From positions 1,024,001 to 1,088,000 of the forward strand of contig OZ247587.1 in NCBI GenBank assembly GCA_965233865.1: a stretch of 64,000 nt of DNA, given 5' to 3'. This document shows positions 49,892 through 60,633 of the stretch, one piece after another (position 1 is the first letter of the stretch; each line of letters begins with the position of its first letter). Below the pieces are notes generated by a model, which was not told where the DNA came from, made no database searches, and saw only the letters and a list, made by a program, of their open reading frames with translations. The stretch comes from Candidatus Neptunichlamydia sp. Lineage in GTDB: Bacteria > Chlamydiota > Chlamydiia > Chlamydiales > Simkaniaceae. The position numbers and the translations under genes are program-made.

Positions 49892-51936
49892 AACATACAA
49901 TTTTGATGGTCCCTATTGGTTTAGGTGTTGGATTGACAACTATTTCGATAGGATTAATCCATGCTTTAGAAAGTCAGGGCCTTTCTGTAAATTATCTAAA
50001 CCCCTTCGGCAATCAGCCCGATTTTGGCTTCAACAAGATAGAAAACCTCCTTAGCACAGGGCAAGAAGACCTCATCTTAGAAACGATTATCGGGCAAGTT
50101 GAGCAAAAATCAGAGAAAGATGGAATATTAATCCTCCAAGGAATCATCTCAACTCAGCTCCGCCCCTATGCCCCAAGCTTGAACAACGCCATTGCAAAAG
50201 CTCTCGATGCCGAAGTAGTATTTGTAACAACACCCGGAGGAAAATCTCCTTTAGAACTGAAAGAACAAATTATCATTGAAGCAAAACCCTACGGGGGGCT
50301 TGGAAATCCTCGAACCATTGGATGTATGATTAACAAGGTGGGCGCACCAGTCGACCAGTATGGAACCGCACGGATTGATCTTTTCGATCTTCCGGAAGAT
50401 CATGCTGAAGAAACTGCGCTATGTCAGATTTTTACCCACCCAGAATTTAAAATCCTTGGGTGCTTTCCCTGGAATCGCCAATTAATGGCTCCTAGGGTTG
50501 AGGACGTTGTTAAATACCTCAATGCAGAGATTGTTTCTGAGGGAAACATGAAATCCCATCGCGTCAATTTTTTTGCAATTGCTGCAGCAACAATCGACCA
50601 TGTGGAAAATGTGCTAAAGCCCGATGTAATGATCATCACTCCCTCCGACCGCTCCGATACCATACTAGCCACATGTATTGCATATCTTAGTGGAATAAAA
50701 ATTGCTGGTCTTCTTCTAAGTGGCGACTACGCTCCCTCTGAAAAAACCATGGAACTCTGCACGCGTGCGATGCAGGAGGGACTCCCTGTCCTTAAAGTAA
50801 AAACCGATACGCTTCGCACTGCGATTTCCCTCCAAAATCTCAATGTAAAAATCCCCAAAAACGACCTTGAAAGAAGAATTGCTCTTAAGGAATATGTTGC
50901 CAGCCATATTGATGCACCTTGGGTAAAAGAACTCCTTGGAGCGCAATCAGAGCGCAGCTTGTCCCCCCCTGCTTTCCGTTATCATCTCATTGAAAAAGCC
51001 AAAAAAGCTCACAAGCAAATTGTCCTCCCTGAAGGAGAGGAACCTCGTATCATCGAAGCTGCTAGTATCTGCGCACAGCGAAAAATCGCGCAGCCCATTC
51101 TTCTAGGAAACCCTGAAAAAATCCAGGATATCGCCAAAAAAAATGGGATTAAACTTACCCCAAATATTCAAATGCTAGATCCAGAGCCTCTAAGAGAAAA
51201 GTATCTCCCTTCTCTAATGGAGCTTCGAAAACATAAGGGGATTACCGAAAAAAATGCACGCGAGGCACTTCAGGAAAATATCGTTTTGGGAACCCTAATG
51301 CTTGCTAAGGGAGGCGTGGATGGCCTTGTTGCTGGAACAATTCATACCACCGCTCACACTATCCGCCCCGCACTTATGCTTATCAAAACAAAACCTGACA
51401 TTCCTAGAGTCTCCTCGATCTTTTTTATGTGTTTGCCGAAACAAGTGTTAGTATACGGTGACTGTGCTGTAAATCAAAACCCTACTTCAGCAGAACTTGC
51501 CGATATAGCCATTCAATGTGCTGACTCTGCAGAGCAGTTTGGAATTCCTCCGCGCGTCGCGATGATTAGTTATTCTACTGGGGCCTCTGGTACGGGTGCT
51601 GATGTCGCTAAAGTAAAAGAAGCCACAGAGTTGATACAACAAAAACGCCCCGATCTTCCAGTCGATGGTCCATTGCAATATGATGCCGCATATAGCACCG
51701 ATGTAGCTGCAAAAAAAGCACCCAAAAGTCCTGTTGCAGGGAAGGCAACTGTTTATGTTTTCCCTGATCTCAACACAGCAAATACTACCTATAAAGCTGT
51801 GCAACGAAGCGCTAATGTTCTTTCCCTTGGTCCAATGCTCCAAGGACTCAAAAAACCGGTCAACGATCTTTCTCGCGGCGCACTTGTCGACGACATCGTC
51901 TTCACAATTGCAATTACAGCCATCCAATCCACATAA
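49888..51936 (+). CDS. pta: Phosphate acetyltransferase (long form with N-terminal regulatory domains)
   Basis: IVLPEGEEPR, YGDCAVN, DGPLQYDAA, YKAVQR, PVNDLSRG. Confidence 0.95.
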   Translation: MKHTILMVPIGLGVGLTTISIGLIHALESQGLSVNYLNPFGNQPDFGFNKIENLLSTGQEDLILETIIGQVEQKSEKDGILILQGIISTQLRPYAPSLNNAIAKALDAEVVFVTTPGGKSPLELKEQIIIEAKPYGGLGNPRTIGCMINKVGAPVDQYGTARIDLFDLPEDHAEETALCQIFTHPEFKILGCFPWNRQLMAPRVEDVVKYLNAEIVSEGNMKSHRVNFFAIAAATIDHVENVLKPDVMIITPSDRSDTILATCIAYLSGIKIAGLLLSGDYAPSEKTMELCTRAMQEGLPVLKVKTDTLRTAISLQNLNVKIPKNDLERRIALKEYVASHIDAPWVKELLGAQSERSLSPPAFRYHLIEKAKKAHKQIVLPEGEEPRIIEAASICAQRKIAQPILLGNPEKIQDIAKKNGIKLTPNIQMLDPEPLREKYLPSLMELRKHKGITEKNAREALQENIVLGTLMLAKGGVDGLVAGTIHTTAHTIRPALMLIKTKPDIPRVSSIFFMCLPKQVLVYGDCAVNQNPTSAELADIAIQCADSAEQFGIPPRVAMISYSTGASGTGADVAKVKEATELIQQKRPDLPVDGPLQYDAAYSTDVAAKKAPKSPVAGKATVYVFPDLNTANTTYKAVQRSANVLSLGPMLQGLKKPVNDLSRGALVDDIVFTIAITAIQST

Positions 51937-52000
51937 TCGTTGGTATAAACTTTTGAACCTGATATAGTGCAAAAAAGTAGTACTTTTTAAGTATGGTATC

Positions 52001-52918
52001 ATGAGAAAAATAATACGTTCCGTCCTTCTGCTGAGTTTAATGGGAAGCTTAATTGTCTTGTTTACAGGGTGCGATAGCAATCGAGAAGTTGTAAGCAATG
52101 TTAGCGAAAAAGAAGCAAATATTATCCTTGTGTTACTTGAAAGTAAAGGCATCCCGGCTATGAAACAGGCTGCAGCAACCTCCGGCATTGGAGCAGAAAA
52201 TTCTGTTTCAAAATACGCGATTGTGGTGCCCGGAAAATATTCGATTGAAGCCATTGCCTATCTTAACCAAAACGGTTTCCCTAGAGAAAAAGGGTCGACC
52301 TTGCTCGAGCTTTTTGCAAAACAGGGGCTCATGACTTCTGATAAAGAGGAAACAATTCGGTATCAGGCTGGTCTAGCGCAGCAATTGACAAACACCATTT
52401 TAATGATTGATGGTGTCATTGAAGCTAACGTACAGATTTCCTTCCCTCCTGAAGATACAGGACTTGGGCAGTCAACCGAAAAAAAACAAATCACAGCCGC
52501 TGTTTATGTGAAACATCAAGGGGTCATTGATGATCCCAATATCCATTTAGAAAACAAAATTAAACGTTTAATTTCAGGGAGTGTGACAGGACTTGATATC
52601 AATAACGTCACAGTCGTTTCTGATCGCTCAAGATTTACAGACATCACTCTAGAGCAGATGCCTGAATCCCTTGGGGGGAAACCAGGAGAGTACGTCAGCG
52701 TATGGAATATTGTGATGAGCAAAACCTCTGTAGGCCGGTTCCGTATCCTCTTCTTTATTATTACCTTTATCGCGGTTCTTCTTACCATAGTGCTCGGATG
52801 GATCAGCTGGAAATTTTATCCACAACTTAAAAAGAAGGGTGGGCTAAAAGAGCTCTTTAACCCCATTCCCTTGATTAATACTATCCGTAAAAAGCCTCCT
52901 GGAGAAGGAGGGGTGTAA
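52001..52918 (+). CDS. sctJ: T3SS inner-membrane ring lipoprotein
   Basis: FTGC lipobox, EKEAN.I...L, LF...GL.TS..EE..RY, IDGVIEA.V, C-terminal TM. Confidence 0.93.
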   Translation: MRKIIRSVLLLSLMGSLIVLFTGCDSNREVVSNVSEKEANIILVLLESKGIPAMKQAAATSGIGAENSVSKYAIVVPGKYSIEAIAYLNQNGFPREKGSTLLELFAKQGLMTSDKEETIRYQAGLAQQLTNTILMIDGVIEANVQISFPPEDTGLGQSTEKKQITAAVYVKHQGVIDDPNIHLENKIKRLISGSVTGLDINNVTVVSDRSRFTDITLEQMPESLGGKPGEYVSVWNIVMSKTSVGRFRILFFIITFIAVLLTIVLGWISWKFYPQLKKKGGLKELFNPIPLINTIRKKPPGEGGV

Positions 52919-52921
52919 TAA

Positions 52922-53785
52922 ATGCATACTTCCTCATGGGTTGTTTTTAAGAATCTCTTAAAACGAAGAGGCTCTGGATTGCAGTCGTCGATTGGCCGCT
53001 ATCTTGGACGAAAAGAACTCGAAAAACTAGAGAGTGCGCGTCCTTCTAAGAGAGACCCCTTTTCCCACTCCACAACAATTGAAGCGCGTCTTAGCCGCAT
53101 TCATTATTCTTGGCTTATTACTTTTCTGGAACCTTTTGCAGAAAATGATAAAGCAAAGATCCTATCAGTGCTTGATAAACCCCAATCGACTAAGCTTCAA
53201 GACCACTTTAAATTGACCTATCCAACTAACTCTCTAAAAGAAATTGCAAAAAGCTATCTGGCCTCAGCAGTTTATGAATGGCTTGTCTCTGATCAAAAAG
53301 AGTTCCTTCCTTTTGAGTTTTTACCCGACCACCCTTTAAATGCTCTTTTAGATTTATCAAAAAGAGAGCTCCAAGTCCTTGTAGATTATCTCGGACTCCA
53401 TGATCTAGCGATGGAACTCAAGCATGTTATTAAATCAGATCAGATCAGAAAAATCCAAAGAGTTCTTTCCAAGAAAGAACGTGAATACTTGAAGTCTCTA
53501 CTAAAGACAAAAGAGCCTCTTTCTTTTGCAAGATTGAATTTGGATGGTTGGAATGGCGATGATAAAAAAATAAAAGTCATCTTGCATCATCGCGGGTTTA
53601 ATCGACTTGCAAAAGCCCTTTTTGGTTGCCACCCTTCTCTTCTATGGCATATTTGCCACCGATTAGATACTGGAAGAACAAAAATTCTTCGGAAGTTTTT
53701 TACAGATATCAATAATGATGAAGCCCATCAAACTCTTACGAAACAAATATTAGGACTAATTCCCAAGGTACATAAAGGATCATGA
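52922..53785 (+). CDS. T3SS-associated protein (SctK-position)
   Basis: Between sctJ and sctL; IHYSW motif. Confidence 0.7.
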   Translation: MHTSSWVVFKNLLKRRGSGLQSSIGRYLGRKELEKLESARPSKRDPFSHSTTIEARLSRIHYSWLITFLEPFAENDKAKILSVLDKPQSTKLQDHFKLTYPTNSLKEIAKSYLASAVYEWLVSDQKEFLPFEFLPDHPLNALLDLSKRELQVLVDYLGLHDLAMELKHVIKSDQIRKIQRVLSKKEREYLKSLLKTKEPLSFARLNLDGWNGDDKKIKVILHHRGFNRLAKALFGCHPSLLWHICHRLDTGRTKILRKFFTDINNDEAHQTLTKQILGLIPKVHKGS

Positions 53786-54411
53786 GTAAATATTTTTCAT
53801 TAATATATTCTGGTGAAATTACACAGGGATCGGATGATAAAGTGATCCCCTCGGATGTGTTTAGCGAATTGTTGAAAGCAACAGATGTCTTGAGCAAAGC
53901 AAAAGCAGATGTCAAAACCTACCTCAAAAACAATAAAGAAGCGTGTCAAAAGCTCCTTGACAAAGCTAAAGAAGCAGGTTTTAACAAAGGGCTTTCAGAA
54001 TTCAACAAACAAATTCTTCATTACCAAGAAAGGGCCAAACAACTGGAGCATGAACTTCAGAAAACGATCCTCCCTCTTGCGTTAAAAGCTGCAAAGAAAA
54101 TTGTGGGCCACGAACTAGAACTTAAGCCCGAAACGATCGTCGATATTGTTAGACAAACATTAAAACCTGTCACTCAAAACCATCACATTAAGATCTTTGT
54201 TGCAAAACAAGATAAGGAAGCACTGGAGAAAGAGAAGAAAGAGCTCCAAAACATTCTCGAGTATGCCCAAACATTTATCATAGAAGAAAGGGAAGATGTT
54301 ACTCCTGGGGGTTGTATTATTGAGACCGAAGCTGGTATCATCAATGCAAGTTTAGAAAATCAGTGGCGCGCTCTTGAATCTGCCTTCGAAGCGTTTATGA
54401 AACAGAAATGA
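53782..54411 (+). CDS. sctL: T3SS stator protein
   Basis: AKEAGF..G, PGGCIIETEAGIINAS (FliH/YscL-like). Confidence 0.9.
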   Translation: MSKYFSLIYSGEITQGSDDKVIPSDVFSELLKATDVLSKAKADVKTYLKNNKEACQKLLDKAKEAGFNKGLSEFNKQILHYQERAKQLEHELQKTILPLALKAAKKIVGHELELKPETIVDIVRQTLKPVTQNHHIKIFVAKQDKEALEKEKKELQNILEYAQTFIIEEREDVTPGGCIIETEAGIINASLENQWRALESAFEAFMKQK

Positions 54412-55250
54412 TAATTAATAAAAAATTTCTTCTTTTGATCTTTTGCTTCCTATGCTTTGTTGCTCATTCAGCCTATGCTGAAGAGGAAGGTATTGCGGGA
54501 GCAATTGCAAAAATTACCGAACAAGCCCAGCAAGGCGAAGGCGATGCCGCTCAAGCATCGGGTGAAAAAGGAGGCGCCGGCGAGCCAAATGTCATCACAA
54601 TGATGGCTGTCCTTACCTTGGCTGCTCTTCTACCCTATGGTATTATCCTTTTAACCTCTTTCCTCAAGATCGTCATTGTTCTTTCTCTTCTTAGGAATGC
54701 CTTGGGCGTACAGCAATCACCCCCAAACCAGGCTTTGACAGGAATTGCCCTATTAATGAGTATTTATGTGATGTTTCCAACCTGTGTTGCAATGTATGAT
54801 GCCGGGAGGGAGTATATTAATAAAGACGCCCCAAAAGATCTTTTTTCCCAAAGCTCTGCAGTTTACATCTATAACATTGTCGATAAGACCAAAGAACCTC
54901 TCAAACAGTTTTTAGTGAGGAACATGACTGTTAGTCACCAACGAAACTTCTATCAACTTGCATACCAAAGCATGCCGCAAGACTTTAAGAAAGACTTAAA
55001 AATGGATGATTTCATTGTTCTAGCTCCCGCCTATATTACCTCTCAATTAAAAGGGGCATTTGAAATAGGTGTCCTGATTTACCTCCCCTTCTTTGTCATT
55101 GACCTTGTAACTTCAAACATTCTCCTTGCAATGGGAATGATGATGCTTTCTCCTTTGACGATAGCCCTCCCGTTAAAACTTCTCCTAATCGTAATGACGG
55201 ACGGGTGGGCAATGGTCATTCAAGGATTGGTACAAACATATAAACAGTAG
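54408..55250 (+). CDS. sctR: T3SS export apparatus protein R
   Basis: TSFLKIVIVLSLLRNALGVQQSPPN, AFEIG..IYLPF, GMMMLSP, DGW. Confidence 0.95.
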   Translation: MIINKKFLLLIFCFLCFVAHSAYAEEEGIAGAIAKITEQAQQGEGDAAQASGEKGGAGEPNVITMMAVLTLAALLPYGIILLTSFLKIVIVLSLLRNALGVQQSPPNQALTGIALLMSIYVMFPTCVAMYDAGREYINKDAPKDLFSQSSAVYIYNIVDKTKEPLKQFLVRNMTVSHQRNFYQLAYQSMPQDFKKDLKMDDFIVLAPAYITSQLKGAFEIGVLIYLPFFVIDLVTSNILLAMGMMMLSPLTIALPLKLLLIVMTDGWAMVIQGLVQTYKQ

Positions 55251-55259
55251 GATCAATCC

Positions 55260-55529
55260 TTGTACGAATCGGAAATTTATCAACTCTCCTATCAAGCCCT
55301 TCTTCTGATACTAATCCTATCAGGGCCTCCGATCTTAATTAGCATGACTTTTGGGCTTTCTGTCGCAATATTCCAAGCTGCAACACAGATCCAAGAACAA
55401 ACCCTCTCCTTCACTGTAAAGCTTGTTGCAGTGATTATGACTCTCGTTTTTATGGGAGGATTTTTAAGTGCCCAAATTATGCAATTTGCCAATAACATCT
55501 TTCTAAATTTCCCTAAGTGGAACACATGA
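55260..55529 (+). CDS. sctS: T3SS export apparatus protein S
   Basis: FQAATQIQEQTLSF.VKL. Confidence 0.95.
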   Translation: MYESEIYQLSYQALLLILILSGPPILISMTFGLSVAIFQAATQIQEQTLSFTVKLVAVIMTLVFMGGFLSAQIMQFANNIFLNFPKWNT

Positions 55530-55587
55530 AATCTCCCCTCCATCATCCCGACGAGCTATCTATTAACTCTATTATTAAGATAGCTTT

Positions 55588-56421
55588 ATGACCTATGTTG
55601 AGCTCTTTTCAAGACTTCCGAACATCAGCATTACGCAAGTCCTTTCTCTATTCTTTTTAATTATTATGCGGATGGCCCCTTCTTTAGTCCTCGCCCCTTT
55701 TTTTGGAGCAAAGCTTGCTCCAGGTATTGCCAGAATGGGTCTCGCCATCTGTGTTGCAACAATCTTTCTCCCCTTTATTGCCGTAAAAACAACCACGCCG
55801 GTTGAATTTAGCAACACCTATATCTTGTACTCTTTAAAAGAAATATTGATCGGTCTTGTCTTAGGGTTTTTTATTACAATCCCCTTTTACATGGTTCAAA
55901 CCGCTGGTACTATTATTGACTATTTAAGGGGCGCCTCAATCATGCAAGCGCAAGACCCTTCAATGCAAACCCAAACATCTCCAATTGGAATCCTTTTCAA
56001 CTATATTATGATCGTCATTTTTTTTCAGATTGATGGGCCCTTCCTTTTTTTTGACGCATTAATGAAGTCATACGAGCTTATTCCTCCTGACAAACTGATC
56101 AACCCCGATTTTTTTTCCGTGAAGAGTAATTTTTGGAAGCTAACTTTTGACATTGTGAATCAAATTATTACGATAGCAATTCAATTGGCAGCGCCTGCAC
56201 TTGTTGCAATCCTAATGGCCGAAATGTTCTTAGGCATAGCCAACCGACTAGCTCCTCAAGTCCAGATTGCCTTCCTCGGAATGTCGATTAAATCATTGCT
56301 TGGGCTTGGACTCCTCTTTGCCGCATGGTACTTCATCTTAAAACAATTCACAAAGCAAGGCTACAGTTGGCTAGAACTTCTGAATAAGCTCATCTATTCA
56401 ATGCAGGCGCTGAATTCCTAA
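55588..56421 (+). CDS. sctT: T3SS export apparatus protein T
   Basis: KEILIG..LGF, AG.IIDYLRG, NRLAPQVQ. Confidence 0.93.
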   Translation: MTYVELFSRLPNISITQVLSLFFLIIMRMAPSLVLAPFFGAKLAPGIARMGLAICVATIFLPFIAVKTTTPVEFSNTYILYSLKEILIGLVLGFFITIPFYMVQTAGTIIDYLRGASIMQAQDPSMQTQTSPIGILFNYIMIVIFFQIDGPFLFFDALMKSYELIPPDKLINPDFFSVKSNFWKLTFDIVNQIITIAIQLAAPALVAILMAEMFLGIANRLAPQVQIAFLGMSIKSLLGLGLLFAAWYFILKQFTKQGYSWLELLNKLIYSMQALNS

Positions 56422-56522
56422 AGAATTCTCCCAACTTGATTTTTTTCTTGTAGCCGCATAACCTTGTGAAAACTAATTTTTATAGTGCTTTAACTTTAAA
56501 TTGATAGAGACAAGGAATCATC

Positions 56523-57596
56523 ATGAAATATCTCGCATTTTTTCTTACACTTTGTGCAACTACCTTTTACGCCACACAATATGCAGCTCCTCCGGTAGCC
56601 CCGGGAAGCGTTACCCCTCCAAATCATATTACACCAGAAGCAGGCCCGCGGGTTGATCACGGAATTGATGCCTTTATTACTGGAGACTTTATCTATTGGA
56701 CTGCGCGAATAGACAATCTTTCCTATGTCATGACAGGTGTTGGAAACAACATCACAAGCGTTGGTAAAGGCAGTACAAAGTATCCTGACTGGAGCTGGAA
56801 CCCGGGATTCAAGGCAGGGATTGGACTTAACCTTCCTCATGACAGTTGGGATGTCTGTGCTGAATACACGTGGTACTATTCAAGCGCTTCCAATGCGTCG
56901 AATGCAGGCGGAAATGGAATGCTTCCAGCATGGAATATTGCTAACAGCAACACCTTAATTCAAAATAATGACTCGATTGTTCAAGCACGCGGAGAATGGG
57001 GTATTCACTTCTACGCTATTGATGTCAGTTTAGGGCGGAACTATTTTATTAGCCGCTTTCTAACGCTCCGCCCATTTGTAGGATTCAAAGGAAGCTGGAT
57101 CGATCAAAACTACAGCGTTCTATACAACATTGAAACAACAGCCATTGATACTTCATTAAAGATGGAAAACAATCAAGACTATTGGGGAGTTGGGCTTCGC
57201 TCTGGTTTAAAAACCGCGTGGCACATCGATCCTTCATGGAGTCTATATGGAGATTTTGCTCTAGCAACCCTTTGGAGCCAGTTCGAGATCACTCGAAAAG
57301 ACATACGAACTGATGGTCGAAACCCAGGAGTTGGAAGTCCCCCACTTGATACACCTATTACATCCATTCATGTGGAAGATAACTTTCATACCATCAAAAG
57401 TGTGCTAGAGTGCGGGGTGGGTCTTAGAGGCGAGTGGTGGTTTTTTGAAAGCCGTTACCACTTTATGGTACAAGCAGGATGGGAAGAGCAACTTTGGATC
57501 AATCACAACAACTTTGAAAAAGTGCATGTTGTGCAAGCAGATCATGGGGACTTAATCTTGCAAGGATTCACAATAAAACTACGCTTCGATTTTTAA
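56523..57596 (+). CDS. MOMP-like / Lpg1974-type outer membrane protein
   Basis: ITPEAGPRV.HG, GDFIYW, PGFK.G.GLNLPHD, LGRNYFIS, QAGWE, RFDF. Confidence 0.85.
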   Translation: MKYLAFFLTLCATTFYATQYAAPPVAPGSVTPPNHITPEAGPRVDHGIDAFITGDFIYWTARIDNLSYVMTGVGNNITSVGKGSTKYPDWSWNPGFKAGIGLNLPHDSWDVCAEYTWYYSSASNASNAGGNGMLPAWNIANSNTLIQNNDSIVQARGEWGIHFYAIDVSLGRNYFISRFLTLRPFVGFKGSWIDQNYSVLYNIETTAIDTSLKMENNQDYWGVGLRSGLKTAWHIDPSWSLYGDFALATLWSQFEITRKDIRTDGRNPGVGSPPLDTPITSIHVEDNFHTIKSVLECGVGLRGEWWFFESRYHFMVQAGWEEQLWINHNNFEKVHVVQADHGDLILQGFTIKLRFDF

Positions 57597-57621
57597 AGAA
57601 CTCTCAATAGAAATGCCGATG

Positions 57622-57656
57622 AAAACTGAGCATTTTTTTTTGCTCAGTTTTTTTTT
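57622..57656 (+). terminator. Intrinsic terminator
   Basis: AAAACTGAGCA-T8-TGCTCAGTTTT plus T run. Confidence 0.75.
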
Positions 57657-57847
57657 CTTGCAAAAGAAATCCCATGTAGCGTTTGATAGTACTTCGAAAG
57701 AGATAAAACCCCTTTCTGAGATACGTGAGAACAACAAAAAAGGGTGCAAGAGAAAAAATACTTGCACAATTGTTCTTAAGTTGATTACAAAGGGAAAAAC
57801 ATTAAAGAATAATATTTTAGCATTTCTGTAACAGGGAGAAACTCAGA

Positions 57848-59032
57848 ATGGAAGTGAAACTCAGGAAAATCTGGCCTCTAGTAGGGGCACTTTGTGCAAC
57901 TGTGTTTAGTTCTGCTTACGCCCATAGCAACTACTCTAGTGGTAGCAATGGCAGCAGTGGCAGTAACTATGAATCCGGTATGGATTCAAGCACGAGCAAT
58001 GGTAGCACGCAATCAGGACAAGGATCCTATCAGCGTGGAACTTTTAGAGAAATTACACCAAATGCAGGCCCTCGTGTCGCTCACGGAGCTGATGTCTTCA
58101 TCACCGCTGACTTTATCTGGTGGAAAGCTTCGCAAGAAGGTATTAACTACGCAATAACAGGATTTGTTACTAACGGTGGTGGTACTGATCCATTTGTAAG
58201 CGCTTCAAAAGGAAAATATGGCTACGTCGGTGCAGATTGGGCTCCAGGCTTTAAAGTGGGACTAGGTTTAAACCTATGCCACGACGGCTGGGACCTTTAT
58301 TCTCAGTACACTTGGCTTCGCGCAAGTGACAATAGCTCACTAAGTAGAACAGACGGTGTTTCTTATGCATCAATCCTTCCATTTGATGATGGACTAACGA
58401 TTGGTGGAAATGAAGTCAAAGCAAATTGGGATCTTCATTTCAATGTGATTGACCTTGAGCTAGGAAGAAACTTCTACCTTAGTCAATTTCTTACCATGAG
58501 ACCTTTTATTGGTCTTAAGGGTACATGGCAAGATCAAGACCTAAAAGTCACTACTAAATCTAAAGATTTTGAAATTAGTGGTGGTCAACACTCTGACACT
58601 CCAGTAACTGGGCCTTTCGTTCACAAAAACGCAACTGATGCCTGGGGTATCGGTGTTCGTGGTGGACTAAATGTTTCTTGGTACATAGCTAAGAGCTGGA
58701 GTATTTATGGTGACTTTGCTTGGACTACTATGTGGACTGGCTACGATAAGTTAACCAGAACTGACACTCTATATGACTCTACAACAGAGAACTCTAAAAC
58801 CTACCTTAACGTAAGCAATGATGATATCTATGCTGTAAAATACGTTGGAGAGATGGGATTAGGGCTTCGTTGGGAAATGTGGTTCTATGATGATAACTAC
58901 CATTTTGCGATTCAAGCAGGATGGGAGCAACAAGTTTGGGTCAACTGGGGACATTTTGTTGAGCTACTAGACCATGTAAACCATGATCTATCGCTTCATG
59001 GTCTCAACTTGAAATTCCGCTTCGATTTCTAA
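57848..59032 (+). CDS. MOMP-like / Lpg1974-type outer membrane protein with Ser/Gly-rich N-terminus
   Basis: ITPNAGPRVAHG, ADFIWW, PGFKVGLGLN, LGRNFYLS, QAGWE, RFDF. Confidence 0.85.
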   Translation: MEVKLRKIWPLVGALCATVFSSAYAHSNYSSGSNGSSGSNYESGMDSSTSNGSTQSGQGSYQRGTFREITPNAGPRVAHGADVFITADFIWWKASQEGINYAITGFVTNGGGTDPFVSASKGKYGYVGADWAPGFKVGLGLNLCHDGWDLYSQYTWLRASDNSSLSRTDGVSYASILPFDDGLTIGGNEVKANWDLHFNVIDLELGRNFYLSQFLTMRPFIGLKGTWQDQDLKVTTKSKDFEISGGQHSDTPVTGPFVHKNATDAWGIGVRGGLNVSWYIAKSWSIYGDFAWTTMWTGYDKLTRTDTLYDSTTENSKTYLNVSNDDIYAVKYVGEMGLGLRWEMWFYDDNYHFAIQAGWEQQVWVNWGHFVELLDHVNHDLSLHGLNLKFRFDF

Positions 59033-59053
59033 CAACTGTTAGAAATTCAATGG

Positions 59054-59086
59054 AAAAAGGCACCAAAATTTGGTGCCTTTTTTTTT
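59054..59086 (+). terminator. Intrinsic (bidirectional-type) terminator
   Basis: AAAAAGGCACCAAA-A-TTTGGTGCCTTTTTTTTT. Confidence 0.85.
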
Positions 59087-59330
59087 GCCTTGCCTCTCCT
59101 GAGAATATCTGTTAGATAGAAAAAAGATTCTAGTGCAAAGTTAGTATACATCGAGCAAATCTACTAAAAAACCCTTCTTTTTTTATGAAGGTTTAGGCAG
59201 CTAACCCGAAGACTTTATCGATATTTTTTTTGAGCGACGACGCCTTCTATCAAGGCTTCTCTACCAATTTTTATTGCCGGTCCTGAATGAATAATGAATG
59301 GCGATTTGAATATTTTTGGAATATGAAGAA

Positions 59331-59386
59331 AGAAAAACATGAGAATAGTCTATGTTAAGAGTGTCTACAAAAATGGGGAAAGATCA
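59331..59386 (+). mobile_element. Orphan right end of the IS3 element seen at 28764-29363
   Basis: AGAAAAACATGAGAATAGTCTATGTTAA..TGTCTACA.AAA.GGGG.AAGATCA closely matches ~29308-29363. Confidence 0.85.
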
Positions 59387-59391
59387 AGGAT

Positions 59392-60633
59392 CTAGTAGGA
59401 TACTTCTGGCTTGAGAAGAATCACATCTTCTTGGATTGCTTCCACTGCATGATCGATATCACTGAGGGTATTATAAATCCCCAATGAAATGCGAGCAATC
59501 GATTTGAGTCCAAAACGAGAAAGTGTAGGCTGAGCACAAAGGTGTCCTGTCCGAATGGCAATTCCTTTGAGACCAAGCAACGTTCCTAAATCAAGGGGAT
59601 GCAGATCATCAAGAATAAAGCTGATAATTGGCCCTTTCTTTTTTGCAGTGCCAATGATTTTGAGCCCTGAGATTTTAAGAAGTTTTTCAGTAGCATGGGA
59701 GAGGAGGAAGCCAAGCCATTCTTCAATATTTTCACGACCAAGAGACTCTATATAATCAATAGCAGCTCCTAGGCCAATCACTTCTGCGATTGAGGGCGTT
59801 CCTGCTTCAAAGCGCAGCGGAGGATCTTGAAAGGTTGATTTTTCCATTGCCACAGCTTCAATCATATCTCCTCCCCCAATAAAAGGAGGCATGTCTTTCA
59901 GGAGTTCTCGCTTACCATAGAGAACACCGATTCCTGTGGGTCCATAAATCTTATGACCTGAAAAAGCGTAGAAGTCAACATCAAGGTCTTCAACATTGAG
60001 AGAAATGTGGGAGGCTGCCTGCGCACCATCAATCAACACTTTTGCTCCCACTCTATGCGCAAGGGAAATGATCTCTTCTATAGGGTTGATGGTTCCTGTT
60101 GCATTTGCAATATGCGCCACAGATACAAGTTTTGTTCTTTCACTGAGAAGCTCTTTAAAAACATCAAGGCGAAGTTCTCCTTCTAAACTCATCGGAATAA
60201 ACTTAAGGTTGAGTTCCTTTTCCTTTGCTAGGAGTTGCCAGGGAACAATGTTAGAATGATGTTCCATTTCAGAGATGATAACCTCATCCCCTTTCTTTAG
60301 GAAAGCCCTTCCATAAGAATGAGCCACTAAGTTAATCGACTCGGTAGTACCTCTTGTAAAGATAATTTCTTCTTCTTCGCGTGCTCCAATAAATTGCTGT
60401 ACTTTCGTTCGGACAGTGCTATACATTTCAGTCGAATGGGCAGCAAGCTCATAGACCGCTCGATGAACGGTGCCATACTCTAAAGAATAAAATCTGTGGA
60501 TTGCGTCAATCACACTTTGAGGCTTTTGAGACGTCGCAGCAGTATCAAGATAGATAAGATGTCTTCCATTCATCATTTTTTTTAGCATGGGAAAGTCTTC
60601 TCGCACGCGTCTCACGTCGAAATAATTAACCAT
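59392..60633 (-). CDS. sufS: Cysteine desulfurase SufS
   Basis: YLDTAATSQKP, EHHSN, SGHKIYGPTG, RTGHLCAQP. Confidence 0.95.
   Translation of the reverse strand: MVNYFDVRRVREDFPMLKKMMNGRHLIYLDTAATSQKPQSVIDAIHRFYSLEYGTVHRAVYELAAHSTEMYSTVRTKVQQFIGAREEEEIIFTRGTTESINLVAHSYGRAFLKKGDEVIISEMEHHSNIVPWQLLAKEKELNLKFIPMSLEGELRLDVFKELLSERTKLVSVAHIANATGTINPIEEIISLAHRVGAKVLIDGAQAASHISLNVEDLDVDFYAFSGHKIYGPTGIGVLYGKRELLKDMPPFIGGGDMIEAVAMEKSTFQDPPLRFEAGTPSIAEVIGLGAAIDYIESLGRENIEEWLGFLLSHATEKLLKISGLKIIGTAKKKGPIISFILDDLHPLDLGTLLGLKGIAIRTGHLCAQPTLSRFGLKSIARISLGIYNTLSDIDHAVEAIQEDVILLKPEVSY

Noticed and set aside
51487..52254. 255-aa minus-strand ORF with Cys-rich stretch
   Set aside because: Antisense shadow of pta and sctJ with no recognisable motifs; the same applies to the other short ORFs overlapping real genes
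52001..56421. T3SS cluster lacking ATPase, secretin and needle genes
   Set aside because: Chlamydial T3SS genes are normally split over several loci
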